Assembly (NCBI GenBank): GCA_965226055.1
Contig: CBDDCA010000006.1
Coordinates: forward strand, 704,001-768,000
DNA from: Spirochaetia bacterium
Lineage (GTDB): Bacteria > Spirochaetota > Spirochaetia > WTKD01 > G963693115
Length of the DNA stretch: 64,000 nucleotides
Direction of reading: 5' to 3'
The translations under genes and the position numbers were made by a program. Of the stretch, positions 1-11,006 are shown piece after piece (the stretch's first letter is position 1; every line of letters begins with the position of its first letter). The notes under the pieces are model-generated. The model was not told the DNA's origin. It ran no database searches and was given only the letters and a program-made list of their open reading frames with translations.

Positions 1-757
1 TAAATCGTTTTTTAGGGGGAATATACTCTAACTGTTGTATACGTTCGTTGGTATGGACATGCTCTTTCTTCTGTTCAAGCTGTTTTCGAATACCTTGTAT
101 ATGTGCTGCTCCAAACACTCCTAGTATTTTTTTTCCTGTAGCATTACGCAGTTTGGTAGCCATATACTCGTCTCGTTCATCAAGTAATACTGTTTTTAAT
201 TGTGGCAAAATGGTAGAAAGCTCTTGTAGTACATTTCCTTCTAAAGATTTATCTTTTAGTTCGTTGAGTTCTTCAATGCTAATGCTCTTTTTTGAAAATA
301 CTACACTTAACAAAGCCATAATAATTTTTTGTTTGCCCCATAGACTTGAACATCGCCATGCTCTTCTAAGAGTGATAGCCACGGGTCTATCAACAAGTAT
401 CACTTGTTTTCCTAGCTCTTCACTTTTTTTTACGGCAGTAATCATTTCACTTCCCGGAAGAGTATCTACATGCTCTCCTAGTTTGCGCTGAAAGGATGAC
501 AGTATAATGCTTGTCAGTAATAAGAAACTTTTTCCTTCTTTAATAATCTTAAAAAGATTAAGATCCATCCATTTTTCAGAATCTTTTTGTAACACTCTAG
601 CGAGCCTTTCTTGATCAAGCTCTACCGCAACAACATCAGGGTCTACCTGTTTTATTGTATCAATAACTTCTTCGACACTTTCTTGTGAAATATGAGCAGT
701 GCCAAGAAGGTAATATGTTTTTTGTTCAAGAGAAACTTCAATAATTGTATCAGACAT
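1..757 (-). CDS. TraB/GumN family protein (pheromone-shutdown TraB-like), runs off the left edge; alternative in-frame ATG at 772
   Basis: Not in the ORF track. Manual minus-strand translation gives MSDTIIEVSLEQKTYYLLGTAHISQESVEEVIDTIKQVDPDVVAVELDQER, matching the TraB signatures GTAH and VAVELD. Confidence 0.85.
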   Translation of the reverse strand, partial: MSDTIIEVSLEQKTYYLLGTAHISQESVEEVIDTIKQVDPDVVAVELDQERLARVLQKDSEKWMDLNLFKIIKEGKSFLLLTSIILSSFQRKLGEHVDTLPGSEMITAVKKSEELGKQVILVDRPVAITLRRAWRCSSLWGKQKIIMALLSVVFSKKSISIEELNELKDKSLEGNVLQELSTILPQLKTVLLDERDEYMATKLRNATGKKILGVFGAAHIQGIRKQLEQKKEHVHTNERIQQLEYIPPKKRF

Positions 758-811
758 AGTAACTTTTTTCATTTTTTACTTTATTATAGTAATAAAGGCA
801 AGCTTTGTTTT

Positions 812-2671
812 ATGTTAAATACCCAAAAATATTACTATATTTTTCCTGTTTTATTTATTATAACCATTCTCATCTTTCTTTTTGATGAATATAGCAAAGA
901 AAAAACACTCAATATTCATTGGTCAGATAATTTTAAGGCAACATTTACGCTATCAGAGAGAGATGAAAAATCATTGATTGATCCCAACACATTACCAACT
1001 ATCGGATTACAGCCGCAATCAGCTACCATTAGTATTTTTTCTGTAACATTTTTGTTAGAAAAACATCATATAGTGTCCAATAAACATACTCTGTTTCTTA
1101 AGAAAGTTATTCCTAATGAAAAACAAAATGGCTTTTCTCTGTTACTCACCACTGTGAGGGATGAAGTCATAGATATAGGTATTATCTTTCACAAAGATGA
1201 CACTATTGAGGAGTACACTATTACTATAAAAAATTATTCCAATACAGACATGGTGCTTCCTTTTTCACTTATTATAGGATCTAATACAACAATTTCAAGT
1301 AATCAAATAGATATTTTTTCTCAATCGTTAAATACCTATCTCACCGTATCTCCAAATATTGAAATTAAAGAAAATAGTTTTCATGTACAATCATCAAATG
1401 GCATTATACGAATAAGCAATAAAAAAGATAACAAAATGTTTAATACTACTGCCATAGATATGGATGCTGTACAAGCTCCTCCTGTATCTCTTGAACTGGC
1501 AATACAAGAGTACATAGATAAATCATACTATGCATGGATATTTTCGCGTTATCAAAGATCTACGGGAATGTGGCGGTATCCTCATTCAATATATACTTTC
1601 AATGAAGACGCTCTGGTAGCTACATATTCAGAAGCAGTGCAACGTAATGAGCTTGCTCAGCATAAACTATTTCTTGAACGTATAGCTTTGTTACATACCC
1701 CGCATCTTTCTTGGAAAAGTTTACCAATACGTGGCACTAATACTATAGGCATACATACTATACCTGCCTCCACTCATCTTATACATACATTACAAGATAA
1801 AAATCAAGAAATGCTAGAAACATATTTGCTAGACTATTCTTTTCTTCAACATGCATATACTTTTTATCAGGACGATATAAAAGCTATGATATTACAAGCG
1901 TTGAAATCAATGTCGTATGTGCATTGTAGTCCTGAGTTAGCTGCATCATTGCTATATCAATCTCATAGCTCTTTATGGCAAGAAGCGAATACGATCATTC
2001 AAAGTAATAAGGATATTCTCACTCTTATTGTACTCAATAATTTTGTCTCTGTATATAACACTATCAATGATGATATATCTCTTACGCTAAAAAAAAGTAG
2101 TGCTCTTGATAATGAAAATATAGTATTCCTTTTATCTAATTCAAACAATCAGCTAGACAGTATAGCTACTTTGCTTGGAGCAAAGTATTTTGTAACTCAA
2201 AAGGAACAATCATTAGTACAGTTTGGAACAAAACTTATGTATGATATGTTAGCACAATCTGACGATACAGGGTTTCTTCCACGCTGGTTTATAGTAAACA
2301 AAGATACTATTGTGCCATCAGGATATATTGCTCCTGAATCAATATATTCCTTGCTGAAAGGAAACAAATATTATCCTCATATTTCTATTGATACATCATT
2401 ACGTATTCTCTCTGTTGTTCCTATATCCTATACATATCAAAATAATCGTCTGGTACTCTCTGCTCCTACTATAGCCCCAAATATTACTACCTATCTTTTT
2501 ATATGGAACATACGATCTCCTGCACGTATTGTTGCTTTTGATGCAGTATGGAAAGGAAACTACAATCTTGATGGATTGTTGCGCGGTGTACAATATAATG
2601 CAAATACACACACTATTATGATTAAAAATAAAAGTAAAAACAAACAAGAAACAATTAGGATACAATATTAA
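812..2671 (+). CDS. Hypothetical membrane-anchored protein
   Basis: Long ORF (track 692..2671). ATG 812 precedes a single N-terminal hydrophobic segment and avoids overlap with the TraB gene. Confidence 0.6.
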   Translation: MLNTQKYYYIFPVLFIITILIFLFDEYSKEKTLNIHWSDNFKATFTLSERDEKSLIDPNTLPTIGLQPQSATISIFSVTFLLEKHHIVSNKHTLFLKKVIPNEKQNGFSLLLTTVRDEVIDIGIIFHKDDTIEEYTITIKNYSNTDMVLPFSLIIGSNTTISSNQIDIFSQSLNTYLTVSPNIEIKENSFHVQSSNGIIRISNKKDNKMFNTTAIDMDAVQAPPVSLELAIQEYIDKSYYAWIFSRYQRSTGMWRYPHSIYTFNEDALVATYSEAVQRNELAQHKLFLERIALLHTPHLSWKSLPIRGTNTIGIHTIPASTHLIHTLQDKNQEMLETYLLDYSFLQHAYTFYQDDIKAMILQALKSMSYVHCSPELAASLLYQSHSSLWQEANTIIQSNKDILTLIVLNNFVSVYNTINDDISLTLKKSSALDNENIVFLLSNSNNQLDSIATLLGAKYFVTQKEQSLVQFGTKLMYDMLAQSDDTGFLPRWFIVNKDTIVPSGYIAPESIYSLLKGNKYYPHISIDTSLRILSVVPISYTYQNNRLVLSAPTIAPNITTYLFIWNIRSPARIVAFDAVWKGNYNLDGLLRGVQYNANTHTIMIKNKSKNKQETIRIQY

Positions 2672-2679
2672 GTAATACT

Positions 2680-3363
2680 ATGATACATATTTTACAACAA
2701 TTTGATACACAAAAGAATATTTATTTTGTCAGGCACGCAGAATCAGAATTCAATAAGTCGGGTGTTATTGCAGGAAGAATAGAATGTTTGCTTACGGATG
2801 AAGGCAAACAGCAAGCACAAAAAACGGCAGAGTGGTTTAAGGATAAAGATATTGCGTATACTCTTCATTCGCCTCAAACAAGAGCAAAAGAAACAGCGCA
2901 TATAATACATCGTGTTGCGGCTCCATCATCTCCTATTGAAACATATGATGATTTATGGGAAATTTCTGCAGGTATATTTGAGGGACTTACGAGAGAAGAA
3001 CTACACAAAAAACATGCAGACATTACTCCATTGTTTTTACAAAAAAGCTGGGAAGCAGTCGATAAAGCTGAAACTATTAGTGAACTATTACAAAGAGCCA
3101 AACGGGTATGGAATAAAATAGTTACTGTACTCCAAACAGATACTATACAGAATCTTCTTGTAGTATCTCATGGAGGCTTTATGCAATGGCTTTTTAAGAC
3201 AGTGTACGGTTTTTCTGGTACCCATGTTGAGTCGTGGGCACCTATCCTTAAAATCTCTAATTGTGGTATTTTTCATCTAAAAATAGAACCTGCTATTGAT
3301 GCCAATAATACTGTGTTGGGAGCTCACGCAACATGGAAACACATGAATACTATTGCGTATTAA
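2680..3363 (+). CDS. Histidine phosphatase (phosphoglycerate mutase-like) family protein
   Basis: FVRHAES, SPQTRAKETA, VVSHGG motifs. Confidence 0.85.
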   Translation: MIHILQQFDTQKNIYFVRHAESEFNKSGVIAGRIECLLTDEGKQQAQKTAEWFKDKDIAYTLHSPQTRAKETAHIIHRVAAPSSPIETYDDLWEISAGIFEGLTREELHKKHADITPLFLQKSWEAVDKAETISELLQRAKRVWNKIVTVLQTDTIQNLLVVSHGGFMQWLFKTVYGFSGTHVESWAPILKISNCGIFHLKIEPAIDANNTVLGAHATWKHMNTIAY

Positions 3364-3446
3364 ATGATATTAAAATATATGAATACAGTAATGATAGGCA
3401 CTTATATGCCTTACGTTACTAGCACAATACATTTGTTTATAGCATA

Positions 3447-4646
3447 CTAGCTCATCAGCCATGCAAATAATAGTCCTGTTCCTGCCCCTAACACTTCTAT
3501 GCTGGTAAGGATGTTTCCCATAATGGTATCCATCATAACAGAAATATCTTGAGATTTCATGTTTTCTATTGTCTTTTGAATAGTATTTCCCAGCAACTCA
3601 GGAACTATCCTCTGAAATTGTTGTAAAGTAAGACTTGTATGGAGTATCTGTTGTATCATTATTAATACAGTATCAATAAGCACATCGCGTACTCGTTCTA
3701 GCTCATTGTCTGGGATATTTTTTAATACATTTTGTAATTTTTGCATCATTTTAGGAAGCATGGTCTCAACAGAAGGGTTGCTTAAAATAGTATTCTTATA
3801 TGTCTCAAACTTTTCACGATTCATATTTTGTACTAATTCTTTGAATTTTTCTATTGCACCGTATATTGTATCACGTATTTTATCGTCAACACCGAGAACT
3901 TGTCTTCCTAATTTTTGAAAAATATTTCCTGTTTCATCTCTCTCAAGCTCTTTTTCTAGTAATTCTTTAATATATGTTTCAATTTGTGGCATAAATTCAT
4001 TAAGAAACTCTGTTGTTACTTCATATGAAAAAATATCAGACACAACTTGTTTAATGGTATTACTATTTATATTGAATGTGTCCATGAGATATGAGCTGAA
4101 ACTTCTTATTGTATCAGGTGTCAAAAAACGGATAATAGCACCTTCTTGTTTTTTTGTTAATTCTCTTTCTTTCTCTATCCACTCTGATAGTTTTGTTTTT
4201 ATATCTTCAAATGTTTTTTCTTCTTTTAATAAAGACTTAAATTCACTATCAAATTGATTTGCAATATTTTTTTGCATAATAGGAATAACAATATGTAATA
4301 TCACCACTGTTACCAATGCGTTTGTTATAAACCCAATATATGCTCCAAGCCATACAATATGCGAATATTCTCTAAACAAGAGCACCCATGCTCCTAATCC
4401 AAACGATATGATAAGCCTTATAAGCCAACGTATCTTGCTTACTTTTGAAGCTTTTTTTAGTGTGGGATGGTTTCTCCGTGCATTCCATGCACAAAACTCT
4501 TCAATTACAAAGAACAAGAGAAATATACACATCATGGGTATTATGAAGCTATCAGTGATAAAGGCTTTGATGCCCAACAATAGAGTGAGGTATACTACCA
4601 CTACTATAACTCTGGGATTTTTTACAATAGTTGCTAATTGTGTCAT
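3447..4646 (-). CDS. DUF445-like membrane protein
   Basis: N-terminal TM helices, [11 protein letters not shown] motif, long helical middle, C-terminal [11 protein letters not shown] helix. Confidence 0.55.
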   Translation of the reverse strand: MTQLATIVKNPRVIVVVVYLTLLLGIKAFITDSFIIPMMCIFLLFFVIEEFCAWNARRNHPTLKKASKVSKIRWLIRLIISFGLGAWVLLFREYSHIVWLGAYIGFITNALVTVVILHIVIPIMQKNIANQFDSEFKSLLKEEKTFEDIKTKLSEWIEKERELTKKQEGAIIRFLTPDTIRSFSSYLMDTFNINSNTIKQVVSDIFSYEVTTEFLNEFMPQIETYIKELLEKELERDETGNIFQKLGRQVLGVDDKIRDTIYGAIEKFKELVQNMNREKFETYKNTILSNPSVETMLPKMMQKLQNVLKNIPDNELERVRDVLIDTVLIMIQQILHTSLTLQQFQRIVPELLGNTIQKTIENMKSQDISVMMDTIMGNILTSIEVLGAGTGLLFAWLMS

Positions 4647-4691
4647 TATGGTATCCTTGCGATAATGTTTCTATTAGTATACCATATAAGT

Positions 4692-5783
4692 ATGACATAT
4701 TCTTTAGCAGTGCTTTCCGGAGATGGAATTGGTCCGGAGGTTATGGAAGAAACTCTTGCTTTGCTTCCTATTATAGAAAAAAAATATTCAATTATGTTTA
4801 CGTATGAAAAGGCACTTGTTGGTGGCATAGCCATTGATACTCATGGTAGTGCTCTTCCTCAAGAAACTTTGGAAGTATGCAACAATGCACATGCTATTCT
4901 CTTTGGATCTGTTGGGGGGCCGAAATGGGAATCTTTTCCTGTGCAACAACAACCAGAACGTGCTGCACTGTTACCTCTGAGAAAGCATTTTGAATTGTTT
5001 GCTAATTTACGTCCTGCACTTTTGTTTAAGGAACTCACAGAGGCGTCTCCCTTAAAGAAAAGAATTATTGAACATGCATTTGATGTGCTAGTGGTACGAG
5101 AGCTTACTGGTGGTATTTATTTTGGTTCTCCAAAACAGAAGACAGATACAATGGGGCTTGATACTATGATATATCATGACTATGAAATTGAACGTATAGC
5201 TGTTTTGGCATTTGAGTTGGCACGATTAAGAAACAAAAAAGTATGTTCTATTGATAAATCAAATGTTCTTAACAGTATGGTACTATGGCGCGATGTTGTC
5301 ACAAAAGTATCACAGAAATTTCCTGATATACAGCTACAGCACATGTATGTCGATAACGCAGCAATGCAGCTTGTGGCAAATCCTAGTCAGTTTGATGTAC
5401 TACTATGTCCTAACTTATTTGGTGATATACTATCTGATGAGGCTTCTATGATTACTGGTTCTCTTGGAATGCTTGCAAGTGCAAGTCTTGGTACAAAAAA
5501 AAGTGCCGAAGGGTTTCAGTTTGGTATGTACGAGCCAGCAGGTGGCTCGGCTCCTGATATTGCAGGAAAAGGGATAGCAAACCCTATTGCTCAAATATTG
5601 TCGCTTGCTATGCTCTGTAAGTATAGCTTTGGGCTAACAGCAATTCATGATGATATTGTTTCTGCTATCAATGCTACTCTTGCGAAAGGGTACAGGACAA
5701 AAGATATAGTAAGTGAACATAGTATTGAAGTAAGCACGCAAGAAATGGGAAAACAGATAGCTCACTACTTAACGCAGAAGTAA
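4692..5783 (+). CDS. leuB: 3-isopropylmalate dehydrogenase
   Basis: [60 protein letters not shown] 4692 is preferred over the track start. Confidence 0.95.
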   Translation: MTYSLAVLSGDGIGPEVMEETLALLPIIEKKYSIMFTYEKALVGGIAIDTHGSALPQETLEVCNNAHAILFGSVGGPKWESFPVQQQPERAALLPLRKHFELFANLRPALLFKELTEASPLKKRIIEHAFDVLVVRELTGGIYFGSPKQKTDTMGLDTMIYHDYEIERIAVLAFELARLRNKKVCSIDKSNVLNSMVLWRDVVTKVSQKFPDIQLQHMYVDNAAMQLVANPSQFDVLLCPNLFGDILSDEASMITGSLGMLASASLGTKKSAEGFQFGMYEPAGGSAPDIAGKGIANPIAQILSLAMLCKYSFGLTAIHDDIVSAINATLAKGYRTKDIVSEHSIEVSTQEMGKQIAHYLTQK

Positions 5784-5852
5784 CAGTATGTATCTATAGG
5801 GTCTATAGTATCAAGGGAGCAGTATATATACCTATCATAGCATTGATGCAGT

Positions 5853-6440
5853 ATGTCGCGTAGTTATAGTCATAAAGAATATTTTACAAAAAGAGCAAAA
5901 AACGAAGGATATTCAGCTCGTTCGGTGTATAAATTACAAGAGATACATAAAAAATATCTTTCTCTCCATACCTGTAAATGTATTTTAGATATAGGTGCTG
6001 CACCAGGCTCTTGGTGTCAGTATTTACAAAAACATGTTTCAGCTCAGGCAAAAATAGTTGCAGTGGATCTTCAACCATTATCTGCATCTTTTATGTCAAC
6101 TCCAACTATACATTTCATTCAAGGAGATTTTATGCATCCAGATATTGTACGCCATGTTCAAGACTATGGACCCTACGATATAATAGTCAGCGATGCAGCT
6201 CCTAACACAAGTGGTGTTAAATCCTTAGATCATGCACGTAGTGAAGAGATAGTATTGCAGGGTATTACGATAGCACAAGAAAATCTTACTCATAATGGGC
6301 AACTTGTCATGAAAATCTTTCAAGGTTCGGGACTCAATGATATTATTACATTACTACGAAAACGATTTTCATGTATCCATCAGTTTAGACCAAAAGCAGT
6401 TCGCACACAATCAGTGGAGAAGTTTATTGTGTGTCGATGA
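5853..6440 (+). CDS. rlmE: 23S rRNA Um2552 methyltransferase RlmE (FtsJ/RrmJ)
   Basis: ARSVYKLQEI, LDIGAAPGSW, SDAAPNTSG, MKIFQG motifs. Confidence 0.92.
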   Translation: MSRSYSHKEYFTKRAKNEGYSARSVYKLQEIHKKYLSLHTCKCILDIGAAPGSWCQYLQKHVSAQAKIVAVDLQPLSASFMSTPTIHFIQGDFMHPDIVRHVQDYGPYDIIVSDAAPNTSGVKSLDHARSEEIVLQGITIAQENLTHNGQLVMKIFQGSGLNDIITLLRKRFSCIHQFRPKAVRTQSVEKFIVCR

Positions 6441-7391
6441 TTTTTTTTGAATAATATCTTTGACAGACACATACTCCCCATTTTTTTCTTCACTTAAATA
6501 TAAAAGGTTATCAAAACTTATTTGTGAAATATCCTTAAAATTTGATTCTAGGCTTATAATGGACTCCGATGATTGTCGTATTGATATAATAAGCTCATAC
6601 AATTTTTTAGTACTAAAAAAATCAGGAGACAGAAAAAATATATGTTGTTGTTCAAATACTGTTTCAGGGCTGTACTCTATGCTTTTTTCTAATAAAAATG
6701 ATTCTATATGTTTTTCATTTGTTTTTTTTATGGAATTAAGAAAATTTCTTACTCCAAATCGTAGCCCAAGTTTATTTTTATATAAGGAACGTGAAATTGC
6801 CAGAAAGTTACCAAATCGTTCTGATATATTTGGATCTGAGGTAAATCTATGCGGTTTTAAGGAAGAAATACGAGAATAATCATACATGCGTGTTTTTAGT
6901 TTTGGAACAATGCTTGCATCAAGTTTTATTCCAATGAAATAGTACGCTTCTAATAGATAGGAGAATGGTTGTAGCTTACTGTTCATAATCCGTATAGCAT
7001 TTACATTTTCTGTATTTGTAACTGTATTTTTTGTATTAAATGGAGATAAAATATATTTAGCAATGGCAAAAATATCTAAAATTCTTTCTTTGTCAAGTGC
7101 GTGTATGTCTTGTGTAAACTCCCATTCTAGGTTCAGAAAAAATTCCATGCTCACTCCTAATTCATAGAGCTGTAATAGCTCATCATAAATTTCACGATAG
7201 GAATCAGCGTATTTGTTTCGTAAAAACATCATCATTAGCACATCAACAAAAAAAGTTACTTGTATGTCTGGCATAGCTGATAAAGTAATACGTAACTTTC
7301 TTAAGCTGTTTGCTATGGCATTATAATATATGTTAGTGAGATGTTTACTTAAGGTAAAATTAATTGAGTAAAAATATACTTTCTTTTTCAT
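6411..7391 (-). CDS. Hypothetical protein downstream of dnaA
   Basis: 326-aa ORF, co-oriented with dnaA and 44 bp after its stop; no recognised motif. Confidence 0.6.
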   Translation of the reverse strand: MKKKVYFYSINFTLSKHLTNIYYNAIANSLRKLRITLSAMPDIQVTFFVDVLMMMFLRNKYADSYREIYDELLQLYELGVSMEFFLNLEWEFTQDIHALDKERILDIFAIAKYILSPFNTKNTVTNTENVNAIRIMNSKLQPFSYLLEAYYFIGIKLDASIVPKLKTRMYDYSRISSLKPHRFTSDPNISERFGNFLAISRSLYKNKLGLRFGVRNFLNSIKKTNEKHIESFLLEKSIEYSPETVFEQQHIFFLSPDFFSTKKLYELIISIRQSSESIISLESNFKDISQISFDNLLYLSEEKNGEYVSVKDIIQKKSSTHNKLLH

Positions 7392-7435
7392 AATAACATG
7401 CTTTTTTACTGTAATATGTGTTTTAGCTATTACCG

Positions 7436-8836
7436 TTACTCAAAAATAGCCACGTTCAATATGTTTATTTGTTCTTGCAGTACTTCATTTGTTCCTAACA
7501 ATAATTCTTCTTCAATAGCTTGTACTGCATTCATGCTAGAAGGATGTGAAACTCTCAGCATATGGGCAATACTCTCATAGGTGAGATCGGTATGTTCTCG
7601 CAGTAAGTAGGTGGCGATTCTCCTTGCTTTTGTTATAGGTTTGTTACGTTTTCCGCTTTTTAAGTCAGAAATTCCTAGCTCAAAAAAGTTTGCTACTTCT
7701 TGTAATATTTTTTTTGCAAGATTTTCTTTTCCTTGTTTGTTGGGTTGAACATCAAGTGCCCAGTTTCTTATCATATCAAGAGTAACAATTTTTGCTGTAA
7801 TTTTTGAATATCCAATAACTCTATTTAAGAAGCCTAGCATATCTCGAATATTATTTCTTAAACGCGAGCTGATATATTCTATCACTTCCGAAGCGATGAA
7901 AGACTGAGCATGCTGTAATTCTAATGAACGTATAAGAATTCCCATTGCAGTTTCTGGTGTTGGCGGCTGAAGATCTACACTCATTCCACTCTGAAAGCGA
8001 CTGAGAAGACGTTCTTCTATGTCTTTGATGTGAACTAAGGCTCTATCACTTGAAAATACCATCTGCTTAAAAGAGTGGCTTAATGCATTAAAAGTATGAA
8101 ACAGCTCATCCTGTGTTCCATCTTTTCCTGATAAAAACTGTATATCATCAATTAAAAGTAAATCTAATTTTCGATATTTATTTCTAAAATTTGTCATTTG
8201 ATCGTGTCTTGAACAAAACACAAAATCGTTCATAAAATTTTCTGCGGAAATATATTTAATATACATTTTAGGAAAACGCATACTTACTTCATTTGCAATA
8301 GCTTGTAATAAATGAGTTTTTCCTAACCCTACTTTTCCGTAGATAAGACAAGGATTATAGCTTGTTTTGCCGGGATTATGTGCAATAGCTTTTGCTACAC
8401 TAGAAGCAAAATCGTTAGAAGGACCTACAATAAAATTTTCAAAAGAGAAACTTTTTGTAAGTGATGATTCTCCAGGATGCTTCTTTTCGGTAGATTCTGA
8501 TACTTGCTTTTTTGTTTCCTTTTGTTGTATTTCATGTTTTACTGTATGTTCGTTTGCTTCATTGTTGTGTGCAGAATCTTCAAGATCAAGTACATTGGTA
8601 GTGGTGTCAACTTTTATAAGTATGTCCTCAATATTTCCCCATACTTCTCTTGCAACAGAAAGTAATGTTTCCTTTTCTTGTTCTATTATTTTTCGAAATA
8701 TCTCAGAAGGAATGGTGCATACAAGAGTATCATGTACTATTTCATGTACTCGTAAAAAAGAAAAAGTAGCAACAAATTTCTTTCCTGCCTTTTGCTTTAA
8801 GTTTTCATAAAAAATTTTGTTTTGTGAATGCGACAT
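7436..8836 (-). CDS. dnaA: Chromosomal replication initiator DnaA (divergent domain IV)
   Basis: FENFIVGPSN, YNPCLIYGKVGLGKTHLLQAI (Walker A), LLLIDDIQF (Walker B), TQDELFHTFN, RLLSRF. Confidence 0.9.
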   Translation of the reverse strand: MSHSQNKIFYENLKQKAGKKFVATFSFLRVHEIVHDTLVCTIPSEIFRKIIEQEKETLLSVAREVWGNIEDILIKVDTTTNVLDLEDSAHNNEANEHTVKHEIQQKETKKQVSESTEKKHPGESSLTKSFSFENFIVGPSNDFASSVAKAIAHNPGKTSYNPCLIYGKVGLGKTHLLQAIANEVSMRFPKMYIKYISAENFMNDFVFCSRHDQMTNFRNKYRKLDLLLIDDIQFLSGKDGTQDELFHTFNALSHSFKQMVFSSDRALVHIKDIEERLLSRFQSGMSVDLQPPTPETAMGILIRSLELQHAQSFIASEVIEYISSRLRNNIRDMLGFLNRVIGYSKITAKIVTLDMIRNWALDVQPNKQGKENLAKKILQEVANFFELGISDLKSGKRNKPITKARRIATYLLREHTDLTYESIAHMLRVSHPSSMNAVQAIEEELLLGTNEVLQEQINILNVAIFE

Positions 8837-8994
8837 TATATTCTATTGATACCAAGTTAGATATTACCTATTATAACAAAAACAGGTATTTTCAGTATAT
8901 ATCAGGAGTAATGTGCTTTTTATTATTATAGTACACATTATTGGCGTTAATATAAACAAACTTATTTTATGATAAAGTGTATAATAAATATATA

Positions 8995-10302
8995 ATGCAT
9001 ACTATTACTATTATAGAAAAGAAAAGAGATGGCCATACACTCAGTAATGAAGAGCTTTCATTTTTTCTTACAGAATACCTTCATAATAGAGTGGCAGATT
9101 ATCAAATGAGTGCTTTTCTTATGGCCGTGTTTTTGAATGGTCTGAGTAATAAAGAGCTTCATTGTTTAACAAGTGCAATGACTCAATCGGGGGATGTCAT
9201 TACTCTTCCAAAGACTCATCGATTTATTGTTGACAAGCATTCTACTGGTGGAGTAGGAGACAAAACATCTATTACCTTAGCTCCGTTACTTTCTGCATGT
9301 GGGCTTGGAGTGGCAAAACTTACTGGAAGAGGGCTTGGTCATACTGGTGGTACTATTGATAAGTTTGAGTCTATTAGTGGTTTTCGTTTTTTAGAAAATG
9401 CTTCACAAGCAAAAGAGCTGATAGAGAAAACAGGTATAGCTTTGTTAGGATATACTGACTCTCTTGTTCCTCTTGATAAAAAGCTATATACGCTACGAGA
9501 TGTTACTGCAACTGTTCCTTCCATTCCTTTGATTGCATCTTCAATTATGAGTAAGAAGCTGGCAGTATCTTCTGATGCTATTGTGCTTGATGTAAAAGTA
9601 GGAAATGGAGCTTTTATGCAAGAGACTATGCAAGCAAAAGAATTAGCACATACTATGTTAGATATTGGGAAAAACGCTGGCCGAAAGGTAGCATGTGTAT
9701 TATCAAATATGAATCAGCCTTTAGGGTACGCAATAGGAAATGCAAATGAATTTATAGAAGCAGTTGAAACATTAAAAGGAAATGGTCCACAAGACTTTGT
9801 CGATCTTGTCTGTGCTCTTGCAGGAGTATCTCTTTTGTTAGCAAACAAAGTAACATCAATAGAGGAAGGTACAATGATGGCACAGAAAAAACTACAATCG
9901 CAGGAACCTCTATCCTATTTACGTGCATTTATTGAATATCATGGAGGGAATAAGTTAGTAGTGGATGATTATAGTATACTGCCAAGTGCTAGTATACAGC
10001 ATGATGTATACTCTGATTATTCAGGGTATGTGCAAGCGATTGATACACAAAGTATTGGAACGGTGGCTATGCATTTAGGTGCAGGACGAGCATTGAAAGA
10101 GGATAGTATTGATCATGCTGCAGGTATTAATTTTAAGATAAAAAAAGGGGACTATATACAGAAAGGGGATACTATTGCCTCTTTGTATACAAATAAAGAG
10201 CAGCCTATTGAAATGGCATGTAAAATGGTAAAAAATGCTATACTATTTCAAAAAGAAAAAATAGAGAAAGATCCAATACTGTTTGATATTTTGACTAATT
10301 AG
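8995..10302 (+). CDS. pdp: Pyrimidine-nucleoside phosphorylase
   Basis: DKHSTGGVGDK, GRGLGHTGGTIDK, LRDVTATV, SSIMSKK, LDVKVGNGAF. Confidence 0.93.
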   Translation: MHTITIIEKKRDGHTLSNEELSFFLTEYLHNRVADYQMSAFLMAVFLNGLSNKELHCLTSAMTQSGDVITLPKTHRFIVDKHSTGGVGDKTSITLAPLLSACGLGVAKLTGRGLGHTGGTIDKFESISGFRFLENASQAKELIEKTGIALLGYTDSLVPLDKKLYTLRDVTATVPSIPLIASSIMSKKLAVSSDAIVLDVKVGNGAFMQETMQAKELAHTMLDIGKNAGRKVACVLSNMNQPLGYAIGNANEFIEAVETLKGNGPQDFVDLVCALAGVSLLLANKVTSIEEGTMMAQKKLQSQEPLSYLRAFIEYHGGNKLVVDDYSILPSASIQHDVYSDYSGYVQAIDTQSIGTVAMHLGAGRALKEDSIDHAAGINFKIKKGDYIQKGDTIASLYTNKEQPIEMACKMVKNAILFQKEKIEKDPILFDILTN

Positions 10303-10313
10303 GAGGAATAATT

Positions 10314-10994
10314 ATTACTACTATCAATACATACATAGATCATACATTGCTCAAACAAGATACTAATGTTTCTCATTTATCATTCCATTGTAATCAAGCT
10401 ATTAAGCATAATTTTTATTGTGTTTGTGTAAATAGCTCTTATATACCATATGTTCGTACTATGCTTGATAGAACAAGTGTAAGAATATGTTCTACTGTTA
10501 ATTTTCCTTTAGGAGCCGCTTCTTTTCATGCGGTATGTGAAGAAGCAGTGCAAGCAATAAAAGACGGAGCGGATGAGATAGATACCGTTATGAATATATC
10601 ATTCTTAAAGTCAGGATACAAAGAAAAGATATTGAAAGATCTCATGATATTGCGTTCTGTTACAGAAGGAAAAGTCTTAAAGGTCATTCTTGAAACCTGT
10701 CTTCTTACGCAACAGGAAAAAATAACAGCGTGTGAAATATGCTGTGAAGCAAAAGTAGATTTTGTAAAAACATCTACAGGCTTTAGTACTGGAGGTGCTA
10801 CCCTAGAGGATGTAGCACTAATGAAGAAGCATACAGAACACTCATCAGTTAAGATTAAGGCTTCTGGAGGAATACGAGATTATAATACAGCATTACAATT
10901 TATTGAAGCAGGTGCTTCGCGTATTGGTACGAGTAATGGTGTTGTAATTGTTACAGGGGAAAGTACAGCTGTTAATGATAGCAGTATCTATTAG
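10314..10994 (+). CDS. deoC: Deoxyribose-phosphate aldolase, probable non-canonical ATT start
   Basis: YIDHTLLK lies upstream of the track TTG; also GADEIDTV, LKVILETC, FVKTSTGF, KASGGIR, RIGTS. AGGAGG RBS at 10301-10306. Confidence 0.92.
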   Translation: MTTINTYIDHTLLKQDTNVSHLSFHCNQAIKHNFYCVCVNSSYIPYVRTMLDRTSVRICSTVNFPLGAASFHAVCEEAVQAIKDGADEIDTVMNISFLKSGYKEKILKDLMILRSVTEGKVLKVILETCLLTQQEKITACEICCEAKVDFVKTSTGFSTGGATLEDVALMKKHTEHSSVKIKASGGIRDYNTALQFIEAGASRIGTSNGVVIVTGESTAVNDSSIY

Positions 10995-11006
10995 GGAGAG
11001 GTAGGT

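Noticed and set aside
48-491. 147-aa plus-strand ORF
   Set aside because: Antisense shadow of the TraB-family gene on the minus strand.
8837-8994. Possible oriC upstream of dnaA
   Set aside because: No DnaA-box cluster visible, and I could not establish a GC-skew switch by eye.
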